Program-made: the position numbers and the translations under genes
Shown: positions 53,230 to 64,000 of the stretch, piece after piece
Position numbering within the stretch: position 1 is the stretch's first letter
Layout of the letters: every line of letters begins with the position of its first letter
Assembly: GCF_009914755.1 (NCBI RefSeq)
Contig: NC_060930.1
Direction: 5' to 3' (one strand)
From: the human T2T-CHM13v2.0 reference genome, Homo sapiens
DNA: 64,000 nucleotides
Notes under the pieces: model-generated
What the model was told of the DNA's origin: nothing
The model's database searches: none
What the model saw: only the letters and a program-made list of their open reading frames with translations

Positions 53230-54312
53230 AAAATGTTTAGCCTAATCACAGCAAAATCCAGGTGACCATCAAGGAAATGGCTAGAAAACCATCACTGCAA
53301 AAATATGAAGGCCCAGGTCATACACTACGAATAATTCAGGAAGAGAAAGGAAAGAGTAAAAAATATCAGACAATATTCCAAAGTAATAACTGAATCAGGT
53401 GAGGATTATCCATGGTTACTCAAGCCACTGGATGAAAGGAAGGCTGGAGCAGGATGTTCACAAATGACCCATGTATCAGACTACAGATGATTTATTAACT
53501 CAAGGTGCACCTTGACATTGGTTAGGTCTGGTTACCATCTTACCCAAGAGATGAAACCTAGCACTGAGGATGGTGGAACAAGGTGACTTCTTCTGCTCCC
53601 TGATGTGATATAATATCAGGTGCATGACATCATTTATAAAGTATTCTTGGCAAAAGATGTTTAACCTCCACTTAATAACAAGCCTCTAGATCTAACCAAT
53701 TTTAGGAAGAGAAGAGCATGCTAAACAATGCTGTGAAGAAGCAGACAAGCCCAGAGTGTAAGGCACTGTATAGCACAGCGAACTTGAACTTTTCAAAAAG
53801 TCATTGTTTAAAGTTATATAATGAATGAAGGAAAAGTTATCAACCAAATTCATCAAGTGTATTTGATCAGTTACAGATTTTGGGGTGGGGGCGGGGAGGT
53901 AAGTTATAAAATATTATTTGGGACTGTATTGTTGAAATTTGAATATGAATTGAATATTAGATAATATAAAATTATTATTAAATTTTTAAGATGTGGAAAT
54001 AGTACTATAGTATGGTTATATAAAAGAATGTCCTTATTCTTAGGGGACGGGTGGTGAAATATTTAGAGGTAAAGTGTCAAGATGTTTGGTACTTTTAAAT
54101 GGTTCAGCAAAATTTTATATAATATGTATAATTTATATATATAATTAGAAGAGGGAATAAAGCAAATGTTGCAAATGTAGAACAAATGGTGAATTTAGGC
54201 AGAGGACATAAAGTGTTTGTTTTACAATTCTCCCAACCAGCAAGTTTGAAATTTGTTTTATAATTCTCCCAACCAGCAAGTTTGAAATTTTCCAAAATAA
54301 AAAGTTGGGAAA
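53230..54312 (+). mobile_element. L1MC-type 3' UTR
   Basis: gaatgtccttattcttagg...tgaaatatttagaggtaaagtgtc...aaatggttcag...gtttgaaattttccaaaataaaaagtt. Confidence 0.78.
54216..54287. repeat. 36-bp tandem duplication (1 mismatch)
   Basis: tttgttttaYaattctcccaaccagcaagtttgaaa x2. Confidence 0.95.
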
Positions 54313-54318
54313 GAAACT

Positions 54319-54772
54319 GGGAGAGAAAGAGAGGGAGGGAGGGAAAGAGGGGAGGGGGAGGGAGAGGGAAAGGGAGAGGGAGAGGGAAAGGGAGAGGGAG
54401 AGGCAGAGGAGGAGGGGGGGAGGGGGAGGGAGGGAGGGAGGGGGTAGAGTGAGCGGGAGAGGGAGAGGGAAAGGGAGAGAGGGAGAGGGAGAGAGTGGGA
54501 AAGGGAAAACCAGAGGGAGAGGGAGAGGGAGAGCGGGGGAGGGAGAGCGGGTGAGAGAGAGGGGGAGAGGGAGAGGGAGAGGGAGAGGGAGACGCAGAGG
54601 AGGGAGAGGGAGAGGGAGAGGGGGAGGGGGAGGGAAAGGGAAAGGGAGAGAGGGGGAGGGAGAGAGGGGGAGGGAGAGAGGGGGAGGGAGAGAGGGGGAG
54701 GGAAAGAGGGGGAAAGGAGAGGGGGAGGGGGAGGGAGAGGGGAAGAGGGAAAAGGAGAGGGAGAGGGAGAAA
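54319..54772. repeat. (GGGAGA)n-like polypurine/polypyrimidine tract
   Basis: 454 nt with only about a dozen pyrimidines on the + strand. Confidence 0.97.
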
Positions 54773-55486
54773 TACAAAACAGGAAAGGAAAAAAAGATGA
54801 GATAATATCACTACTCCTTCTCTCCCTCTTTTAGAATCCCTTCAACATCTATATTCAGGTCAGTTGCCCTGGGTTCCTTTTCATTCAATATGGTTTTATT
54901 TTTACCAATTTAATAAATTTCATTGTGTGCTCATCAAACTGATGTAGCCACTGTCTCAGCTCCCTTACTGGCTGACATCAAAACTAAACTTTAAACAAAA
55001 CTCCAACAGCTCCTGTAAGGGTTCACCAGATAGGTATGACGTTTAAGATAACAAATCAAAAACTTCTGAAATCAACACCCAATTTGCTATCACGATGGTT
55101 TTTAAGTCAGGTGGATGCGAGGCTGTGGGCCGAGCATCCTACTGGGCTCTCATCTTTTCCAAAGACAGTACTCTCTCTCACACCTGCACTGGACACTGAT
55201 AGAGATAGGACAGGTACAATATAACATGCTGGCTAGCCAGGCCACTGGGGTTTTAGAGAGCCTGTTTCCATATGGAGTGGGCCATGCCTGAGTTCTGATG
55301 CCTGGGGCAGCAATCGCATGACCTGCAGAATAGCCACTCTGGATTCAACTTTCAGGGACTGAGAGCTCCCAATGAAGTGGAAATTAATTCTGTGATGCCT
55401 TTAACACAGAGAGGGCTATAAAGGATCTGGATTCAGATAGTGCGGGTGTGCACCTGGCTCTACTGCATTCTAGTACAACCTCAGAG

Positions 55487-55690
55487 CAGTGTTTCTCCAT
55501 AGGGGTGCTATGAACACTGTGTTAGGGACAGCTCTTCACTGGGCAGGACTGTTCAAGGCACTGCAGGACATTTACCATCCCTGCCCCACTTTCTCTTGCA
55601 TCATGTGCCAATGGCACCTCCCAGTCTTTGTGAGGACAACAACAAACCCCTCCCCATCCCCCCCACACACTCCCAAATGCCTCCTGCCTT
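55487..55690 (-). mobile_element. MER20-like hAT element, diverged
   Basis: cagtgtttctc...gcactgcaggacatttaccatccctg...tgccaatggcacctccccagtctttgtga. Confidence 0.5.
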
Positions 55691-55819
55691 AGACATCAGC
55701 TAAATTATCTGAGCCTCCAACTGGTGATAACATTGCACTGCCTAGGAAGTGGTTTGGGAAGATCAAATGTGCTGCAGCTTTTTCCCCCCCTACTTATTAA
55801 GGGGATGGAGTCCCCTTAA

Positions 55820-56106
<287 letters not shown>

Positions 56107-58511
56107 AGCTGTTTACAAACTTAAATGAGCTATGCCTACGATACCCTAATATGCATCTGCACAAGCAGCCTGCCATCAGAGGAAAGGCTGTGGGGTGGGA
56201 CCAACCACCTGGATCCCAGGTGGGAACTACTACAGTCTTATCTCTCTAGTCATGCACTAGAATATGTGACAGCTACTTGTTCTGAAAATGTTCCCCTTAA
56301 TAAGTGGGAAATTTTGGTTTATAAGTGTTGCTACAGATAAAAACTACAGCATAGTGTGAATTTTAGAGTGAAAGCAGATGGCAAATACTTGGGTGATTGT
56401 AGCAGAGGAGCAGGATGGCCTCCCGCAAAGCAACTTCAAGGAATCTGGTTTAGAATGTTGCCAGAACTAACCTGGAACGAAAATGATACTTTTCTTAGTG
56501 AGCAAGTGATACAATGACTGTGGAAATTACTTTAAGAACCAAGGTTACACAGTAACACAGAAGTTGACACCCTACCCTCCTATGCACAGGGCTGATTTTC
56601 AAAATGATGTGCTTTAGGGATCTGTTCTTTAAATATGTAAGTGACGCTTATGGAAGGGAATCAGTCTTAAAGGCGGGGCCAGACTGCTGCATACAACCTC
56701 AAATGGAACTGTAAGCCCTGAAGAAAAGCTGAGAATGGAGACTGGAACAGGGATTCTCACAATTTCGTGTGCATAAGCACCGCCTGGAGAGGCTGTTAAG
56801 AATAAAGTCACACACCCACCACAGGGATTCTGTCTGATTCTACCAGTCTGGGGTAGGCCAGGATCTGTGCGTTTAATGAGCTCTTAGGCCAGTTCTGAGG
56901 AAGGGGCCCACAGGCTGCTCAGGGAGTCTCAGGGACACCTCTCCAGAGGGCTCTCTGGTGGGATTCTCCGCCTTTAACTCTCCCCATGGGATATTCTTGC
57001 TCTCATGTTATGGCCTTCATGACTCAGAATTTAGGTAAAAGCATTTCTCCAGCCCCTAGGTCTGGCTGGATTTTGGGTTACAAAATTGTCCATTTTCACT
57101 CTTCATCTCAGCTTCTCCTCCCCCTGTACACACATTGTGTAAATAAGAAGCTAATTTTATTTTGCAGACCAGACAGCAAGTTCTGACCTCTCCTTGAAGG
57201 CCAAAAGTCTCAGGTATTAACAGAGAAGTTAATAGGTAGAGTGGGTGAAAGGCACAGTCTTAAAGAACAAAAGTAAAAGCAGATACCTACCCTGGGTCAC
57301 AAGCCAACAGCAAAGGCATGGAAATGGCCCCTGAGGATCACCCAGGGGTTGGAGTGGAGCAGGGGCAGTGCTGGCTGGGACACAAGGGGTTGCAAATGGA
57401 TAGTTTTCCCACAGATACTTACATAAAAATATCTAGTGCCAACACGGTGTTTTTATCACCTCCCTCAACTCTGTTTATTAGTCAATGTTGCTGAATGCCT
57501 CCAAATCCCATTCATCTTAAAAACAGTAGACTGATAAAATCTCTGTTATCTCTGGACTTGGCCATCTGAAATGAGATCTTTTATCTTCCATTTCTCTGGC
57601 TTTCCAGAATACATTTTCATAGCATTCTTGCAAAAGAAAAGACTATCAGAAAAAGAAAAATGAAGGGTAGTAAAGTTGAGAGAATATTACACCACAGCTT
57701 TTGGTAAGAAAATATTTATGTCCACAAGCACACACCACACCCTTTCTGGGAAGATATTACTGGCCTAGAAGCCGGGTGAGTGCATCCCAAAATATACTTC
57801 ACAAAAAGCACCATTACCCTCCCAAAATAGGCCCTATAATTAGGTAAAGTCTTTTGCAGTGGGTTGTCCTATATCATAAATTGACATATGTTGCTTTAAT
57901 CTCCCTGCTTCAGCAAATGTAGCCATATTAGGCTACAAAAGCTCTCAGCAACTCACATGTAAACCAGATTGTGGTGTCACTAGCAAACTGATGCAAATAA
58001 ACAGCTCTGTGTACCAAAATACTCAATCTCAATCATCTGTAATGAGATCTCTCTCCTCCCTAAGCACATTTTCATCACACCAGAACCGCCTTGATTCAAA
58101 AAGAAAGACTAGCCCAGACTGAAATACCGTTTAATCTTAGAGGTCATCGAATGACTAACACATCTGAAGAAGCTGGGGTTAAAATTTAAAATACGAGACA
58201 ATCTCTTTGTGTAAATGCTGGGATCATGTTGTGTGAGTCTTGTTTTTATCTTTAGTTGACCGTCATTCTGTATAAGCCGTCAGAGGCCCATCTGTCTGTC
58301 TGAATTCATTTAGGTCATTTTTCGCTTGGAGTTAGGGGTAATAGAAGGGATAGCCTCTTAGCAGCCTTTCCACTCTGATGATTTTCTGAACGAATTTAAG
58401 TTTTTTAGCTGTATATTTACATAAATCAAATGTTAAGATATTTCCATTTTTAAACCTTCAAAATAATAAGTACTTTATAAATATTTACACTTTAAAAATT
58501 ACTTATAATCT

Positions 58512-58752
58512 CAGAGTTTCTCAGCTTGGTATTACTGAGATTTCGGGCCCGATTATTCTGCATGTGTGCACGAGTGTGCGTTACTGATCTACGATATATT
58601 TCAAGACATTTGGCAGCATCTCTGGCTTCCACCCACTAGATGCCACTAGCACACACCCTCCTCCCTCCCCTAACTGTGACAACCCAAAATGGCTTCAGAT
58701 ATTACCAAATGTCCTCTGGGAGGGCAAAACTAACCCCAGTTGAAAACCACTG
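58512..58752 (-). mobile_element. MER20
   Basis: gcagcatctctggcttccacccactagatgcca...tgtgacaacccaaaatg...ccccagttgaaaaccactg. Confidence 0.88.
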
Positions 58753-59636
58753 CTCTATGTATTTACGTGTTTATATATCACTCCTTGGCATGGCCAGAAA
58801 AAAGAAACCTAGGCTTTTCAAGGCACCCACAAGTTTAGTTTGAAGAATTTCAAACTTCCTATGACTTGTAATGAAAAATCGGAATCTGTGACACAGCACT
58901 GCCTCTAAAGATCCATCAACAGCACCATGCTGCCTCAGACTGAGGGTGCCAGGACCTGGCTTCATTTCAGACAAGGCCTGTAAGAGGATGAGCTGCGCCT
59001 GGGCTCTTTCTTGCACTGCCACCCTCCCTACTTTTAGGAGCTCCTTTCTTAGAAGACTGCACTAAATAAATCCTTTATGATCCATGACCAGACACTTCAT
59101 ACTGATTGTGAAGGAAGAGGATTGGGTGTCTATTAACAGCATCCACAGAAGCAATGCACCCTCTGTGCTCCTCGTGGGCCAGACCTGTGGGGCAGCGTGT
59201 CTAATGCTGGCCTAGGTGCACAGGAGAGGTGTGGGGAAGTAGAGGCCTCCTCAAGGAGCTCTGCCAGATGGGGAGGGATATGAAAATAGCATCAGAGGAC
59301 AAAGAGGCCAGGCCCGGGAGATGGTAAATTCACCCAGAGAAGAAAAGATGAATGAGGAAGGACAGTGTCTTCAAACATTTGGTGGGCTGGAGTGTTAGAA
59401 AGTGAGTGGACTTACTTCGAAGGTGACTAAGAGCAATAGGTGATTCAATAAATACTTAACACATTTATGCCTTCTATGTGACAGGCACTATCCAGGCACC
59501 AAGACTCCAGGGAGGAACAAGACCAAGTCCCTGTCCCATGGAGCACATATACTGTATTAATAGTTCAATATAAGGACTAGATTGCTTTTCTTTCCTCCCT
59601 CCTCCCTCTCTCCTTTGTATTCCTCACTTTCTTTTT

Positions 59637-59881
59637 TTCTTTTTTCTTTCTTTCTTTTGTTTTTGTTTTTTTTTTAGATGGAGTCTCGCTGTGTCACCCA
59701 GGCTGGAGTGAAGTGGCGTAGTCTTGGCTTACTGCAACCTCTGCCTCCTGGGTTCCTATTTTTAGTAGAGATGGGGTTTTATCATGTTGGCCAGGATGGT
59801 CTCGATCTCCTGACCCTGTGAGCTGCCCGCCTCAGCCTCCTAAAGTGCTGGGATTGCAGGCGTGAGTCACCGCACCCAGCC
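59637..59881 (-). mobile_element. AluS (Sc-like) with a ~70-nt internal deletion
   Basis: cctgggttc joins directly to ctatttttagtagag; TSD tcctYactttctttt on both sides. Confidence 0.93.
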
Positions 59882-59939
59882 TCCTTACTTTCTTTTTAAC
59901 AAGTTGGGCTAATTGTTCAATTTTTAAATGCTGGGGTTT

Positions 59940-60110
59940 TTTTTCTTTCCATTTTTAAAATTCAGGTCTAATTAACATTCAAGAGAACTCACCCTTTCTA
60001 TTATACAGTTCTGTGAGTTTTCACCAAAGCATACAACTGCATAAATACCACCAGCACTAAGATACAGAACAACTATATACCCCCTCCTCACAAGGGTTTC
60101 CCTGTAGGCC
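59940..60110 (-). mobile_element. L1ME 3' terminal fragment
   Basis: tatacagttctgtgagttttcaccaaagcatac...aagatacagaaca. Confidence 0.65.
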
Positions 60111-60924
60111 CTAACTGTCCTTTTAATTGAACCAAGGTACCCTGTGCAACAGCAAGCTCCTCATCTCTGGAAGAATTTGAATTCCCTTGTCAGGGATCAG
60201 TAGGAGACATTTTTTTTTTTTTTTTTTTTTTTTTTGCTAGCAGGGGATTGGGCCAGACAACCCTTGAAGCCATGTCCCTCTCTTTGATTCTATGAAATGG
60301 CAGCACAGTCACCTACAGACATCTGACCTTAAACACTGGCCCATCTGCAATGCCACGGCTGAGTTTCCCAACCACAGGTAAAGGCCCCACCCAAAAGCCA
60401 AATTCTTTCAGTCAAAGCTCAAAAATTTCAGCCCAGCAATTGGATCCCTGTGAAGGCTACGTAATAAGCATAGACAAAAACGTAAAATCAAAAGAAAGGT
60501 TTGGAAATGAAAGTTTAAATATGGCAACTGAAGTCCAACCAATGGTATCATCTACCCCCACCCTTCTTTCCTCATAAATGTGATTCAAAATGACATTAAC
60601 TCCAAAAATGAACACAGCTCAAACAAGGTGACCTCACTGGTTGTGAGGATGGCAGGAAGGGAATTATTTAGCCAAGCTTGTCTAAGAATGGGTCACCAGG
60701 GTTGGAGAAGGTGGTAAATGTTGCAGGGATTCCCACAGGTTCTTATGAAGTGAATATTGGAGGAGGGGTTGTGGTGAGTAGCTGGGATGCTCTAGCAACA
60801 TCAAATGGATGTAACCGGCCCATCCCCAGCTGCCTTCCTGCTGGAAAATAAATATGCCTCTTGGTAGCCTGACTTCAATGGGAAATGTCTAGTCTCCAAA
60901 CAAGGCTGCTCTGTTCCTAAGAAT

Positions 60925-61125
60925 GACTGGCTTTATTGAACACTTACTATGCTCCAGCACTACCTACCTCATTTTATTCTCACAACAACCCTATGATGTA
61001 GGTAACATGATAAGCCTCATTTTACAGAAGAAGAAACAGGCTCAGAGAGGTTATCTAACAACCAGTAGGTATAGAACTTACATTTTAACCCGGGTCTCCT
61101 GATCCCAAAGACTGTCCTCTTTCCC
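60925..61125 (-). mobile_element. MIR
   Basis: ctcacaacaaccctatga...cattttacagaagaagaaacaggctcagagaggtta. Confidence 0.85.
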
Positions 61126-61654
61126 TGCTAGCAAGGTCTGGGTGGTTGCTGAATTGAACGTTCTTGGTCTCCCAAGACCACTGTTATGCTGGTCTGTGGG
61201 CTGGCTCCCAGGCAAGCTGGACTTGTAGCTTCCTTTAATTTTCCATTTCCTAAGCTGCCTGCTTCTCTTTCTTTTAATATATGGGTCACACGGATCTCTC
61301 TGCTTTGGAGAATTTATTTTATTCTTTGGGTCTGCAAGTTTATTACTCTTATATTATATGGCTGGCTTAGCACATAAACTGCCAAGGGTATTCTTTAACC
61401 GGCATCCGGAAACTTTTCTAAATATACACTTATTACGTTTTAGAAAACCCCATATTGCTTAATACTATCAGCAATAACAAGAAAAAGTATCACACTGTCA
61501 GAAAACATCAATTCAATGTCACATTTAATTATAGAACTCCATTCTGCCTGAGTTTAGTGCAGAAGTAAAAGATGGACAGAACAAGGCAACAGCTTCCCTT
61601 CGTGAGCACCATTTTACAGCAAGAGGCATTAGAAGTAAATGCAGCAACACTTAC

Positions 61655-61724
61655 CAAAATTTCCGCCAACGATCACAAACTTTATATACACCACATGTCT
61701 TCTACAACAGAGGCAGGACTGGTC
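61655..61724 (-). other. FYN: FYN non-coding 5'-UTR exon (70 nt)
   Basis: Acceptor GTATTGTTTTTCAG|GACCAG and donor AATTTTG|GTAAGTG. The sequence GACCAGTCCTGCCTCTGTTGTAGAAGACATGTGGTGTATATAAAGTTTGTGATCGTTGGCGG resembles the FYN mRNA leader as I recall it. Confidence 0.92.
61682..61696 (-). promoter_or_regulatory. Upstream ORF (M-W-C-I-stop) in the FYN leader
   Basis: GAC ATG TGG TGT ATA TAA lies inside the UTR exon. The stop is 38 nt before the FYN ATG in spliced mRNA. Confidence 0.75.
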
Positions 61725-62107
61725 CTGAAAAACAATACCACAACAAAAGAAAAACCACATCATTAAACAGAAATAATTGAACACATATTATGTTTCTCTC
61801 TGTAAACTGCAACCTCTTCCTCTGCTTCGGGCACCCATCGATGTACTAAATTCCACCTACCAGTTTCCTCTGTTTTTCCCAGGAAGATGAAATCAATTTA
61901 CAAATTATCTCAGTATTCACTAATAAAAAATTTTAAAACTGGACAATGAAATATACCAGAAACTATGCTTATAAATATCTGAATGTTTAGCCCTTTGAAA
62001 TATTTGAAGACAAGAGAACAATGGAAAAATATCTGCAGTTGAACTCACAACATATTCCCCCAAACCAATTCCTCTTTTCTTTCTTTCCAGTAATATCCTC
62101 CCTTCTT

Positions 62108-62315
62108 GCCAGCTAGCTGTGAGACCCTGGACAGTTTTCCTAACCTTTCTTTTCTAGGCTTTATTATGTGTAAAATAGGGATTACTGTACTGACCTCATA
62201 GGGTTGCTATGAGGATTAAATGATATCAACTAAAGAACATACACGACATAGAAGGGCTTATAACAGCCTCTGGCACACAGTAAACACTCAGTAAGCCTGA
62301 GCTGTTATCATCATT
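62108..62315 (+). mobile_element. MIR
   Basis: tgtaaaatagggat...acctcatagggttgctatgaggattaaatga...ggcacacagtaaacactca. Confidence 0.85.
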
Positions 62316-62771
62316 CTCCCAGTCCCTCGGGCCTGTAAACTAACACCGCCTTCTTCACCTCCACTGCAAACCTTGGCCCAGTCCAGCCCCGCAAGAATTT
62401 CACAGTGGTGCTGGGAACACATTGCTTCTCCCTATTCTCATCGTTACACTCCATCTGGTCAGCATCATGCCTGGCATACACTGGTCTCTTGGCCTCCAGT
62501 TTCTTCCCTTCCCATCCAACTCTCATGGCTGCACAAGGAATCCTTTCTAAACACAACCTACACAGCCTGTCTTTCCTCAACGGATGCACCTTCCACCACT
62601 TCCTATGACCTGCGAATTTACCTGTCGAGTCATGTTAGCCTGGCACTCAAGCTCACCCCAGCTTTTCGACATTATCCTATCAAATGCTGTAACGCCCAGA
62701 GGCCTGTCCGGCCTCTGAGCCTCTAGGCAGGCCATCCCTCCTCTGGTAGGAGGCCTGGCCATTGTCAAGGG

Positions 62772-63178
62772 CAGGGGCTCTTTACCTTTTGTGCTATGGC
62801 AGTCTAAAGACATCTTTCTCAGAATGATGTTTACAAATGCTTGAAACTAATACATGAAATGCACAGGAGTCAAACAGAGTATACTCTTATACAGTTATCA
62901 AAATATTTGACAAAATTGTTATGAACATCTTTCAATACTTAAATAATTTCCAACAAGTCTAATATACTGTAATTTTGAAGTACTATTAGGCATAAATGAT
63001 ACTTCAGAATATCTATAACTATGAAAATATTCATAATTTCTATTAAGGACAAATAGCTAATGCTACTTTCATAATATTAGGAAATGTACGATTTCAGATA
63101 AGGGTTAGAGACAATGATGAGATCATGTTTTTCCCCATCCAACTTCATCGGCCCCCTGAATTACATGCATGGACCCAG
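62772..63178 (-). mobile_element. MER119-like hAT-Charlie element
   Basis: caggggctctttaccttttgtgctatgg...ttctcagaatgatgtt...atacagttatcaaaatatt...tttttccccatccaacttca...catggaccca. Confidence 0.72.
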
Positions 63179-64000
63179 CTTTCAGGCCTAGCTTCATTCT
63201 CATTGACTTTTCCACCTTGATTTTCCCAAAGCAGTATTATCTTATGCCTCTTTATTTTTCTCTTTTTAAAAGTACTTTATTTGATATAGGTACTTTAAAT
63301 AAATGTACTACTTTTAAAGTCAGCCTTTTAAGTTGTCAGGGAAGGTCCTATCTTCTTCCCTATTTTAAAACTCCTTCCACAGTTAATAATGCCTCGCCTT
63401 ATCACAGCACAGCAGGGAGGCGCTCATCAGGACTGCTGAGTCCATCCACGGGTAATGGTGCAATCTGCTTGTCCTACATGAGCTCAGGTAATCATTAATA
63501 TTATCTCATTGCTCCTTCGCAGCCTATGAGGTCCTAAACATGTAGATGGGACACCTAAGCATTCTATATTTAGACTATAAATTACTGAAGTTAGGCAACA
63601 CAATGTTGTCTTGTTTAATACTTCTCTTTTGAGAGTGAGTGATTAGTCCATGCTGTTGACTGACAGATCACCTGGGAACAGACTAGCTGTTCAATCATTC
63701 TGTCAATATAGAGGGCGCCTGTGTGACACAAGCATAATGCCTGCCTTCCTGGGGCTTCAAGTCTAGCAGCTTTCCCCAGCTAGCCCAGAGTAGCAGATAC
63801 TCTCTCAACCTTTCAGGTCCTTTGAATAGACAAGACACAACTTGTGATTTCCTAAGTATGGGCACTTTGGTGATCCATGCTGGTGAGGCCAGGTACAGTT
63901 GCTCTGGCCTCTACAAGAGACCACACCAAGCTCCAGCTTCCCATCAGTCTCACAGATGTGAACCGGTGGTTCTGAGGCAGGTGGGACAAATAGACTGAGC

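Noticed and set aside
54319-54772. SVA element suggested by the (CCCTCT)n hexamer
   Set aside because: No Alu-like, VNTR or SINE-R segment adjoins it; it follows an L1MC tail.
54104-54811. Long ORFs of 235, 210 and 166 aa (Pro/Ser/Leu- or Gly/Arg/Glu-rich)
   Set aside because: They are artefacts of a stop-free simple repeat.

Overview
Primate (almost certainly human) genomic DNA inside the FYN Src-family tyrosine kinase gene, transcribed on the minus strand. The window holds a 70-nt 5'-UTR exon (61655-61724), a 60,574-nt intron (1081-61654) and the first coding exon (823-1080; ATG at 1069, encoding [10 protein letters not shown]...RGGT, the SH4/unique domain), followed by about 0.8 kb of the next intron. 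The rest is intronic sequence full of transposon relics: 10 Alus, old L1M, L2, L3/CR1 and MIR pieces, MaLR/ERV solo LTRs (THE1, MST, MLT1, MER21, MER4), hAT elements (MER20, MER5, MER33, MER30B, MER119), a 3x86-bp minisatellite and a ~450-nt polypurine tract. No other ORF in the track is credible as a protein. I found no new gene family. The most interesting signal is a possible modular FYN leader: a 4-codon uORF in the upstream UTR exon, a 39-nt candidate cassette exon that would create an out-of-frame uORF overlapping the FYN start codon, an exonisation-competent antisense AluJ with a strong-Kozak uORF, and an AUG-free candidate alternative first exon. These are predictions from splice signals, and some may already be annotated. 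Repeat names come from recalled consensus sequences, and boundaries of old repeats are approximate.
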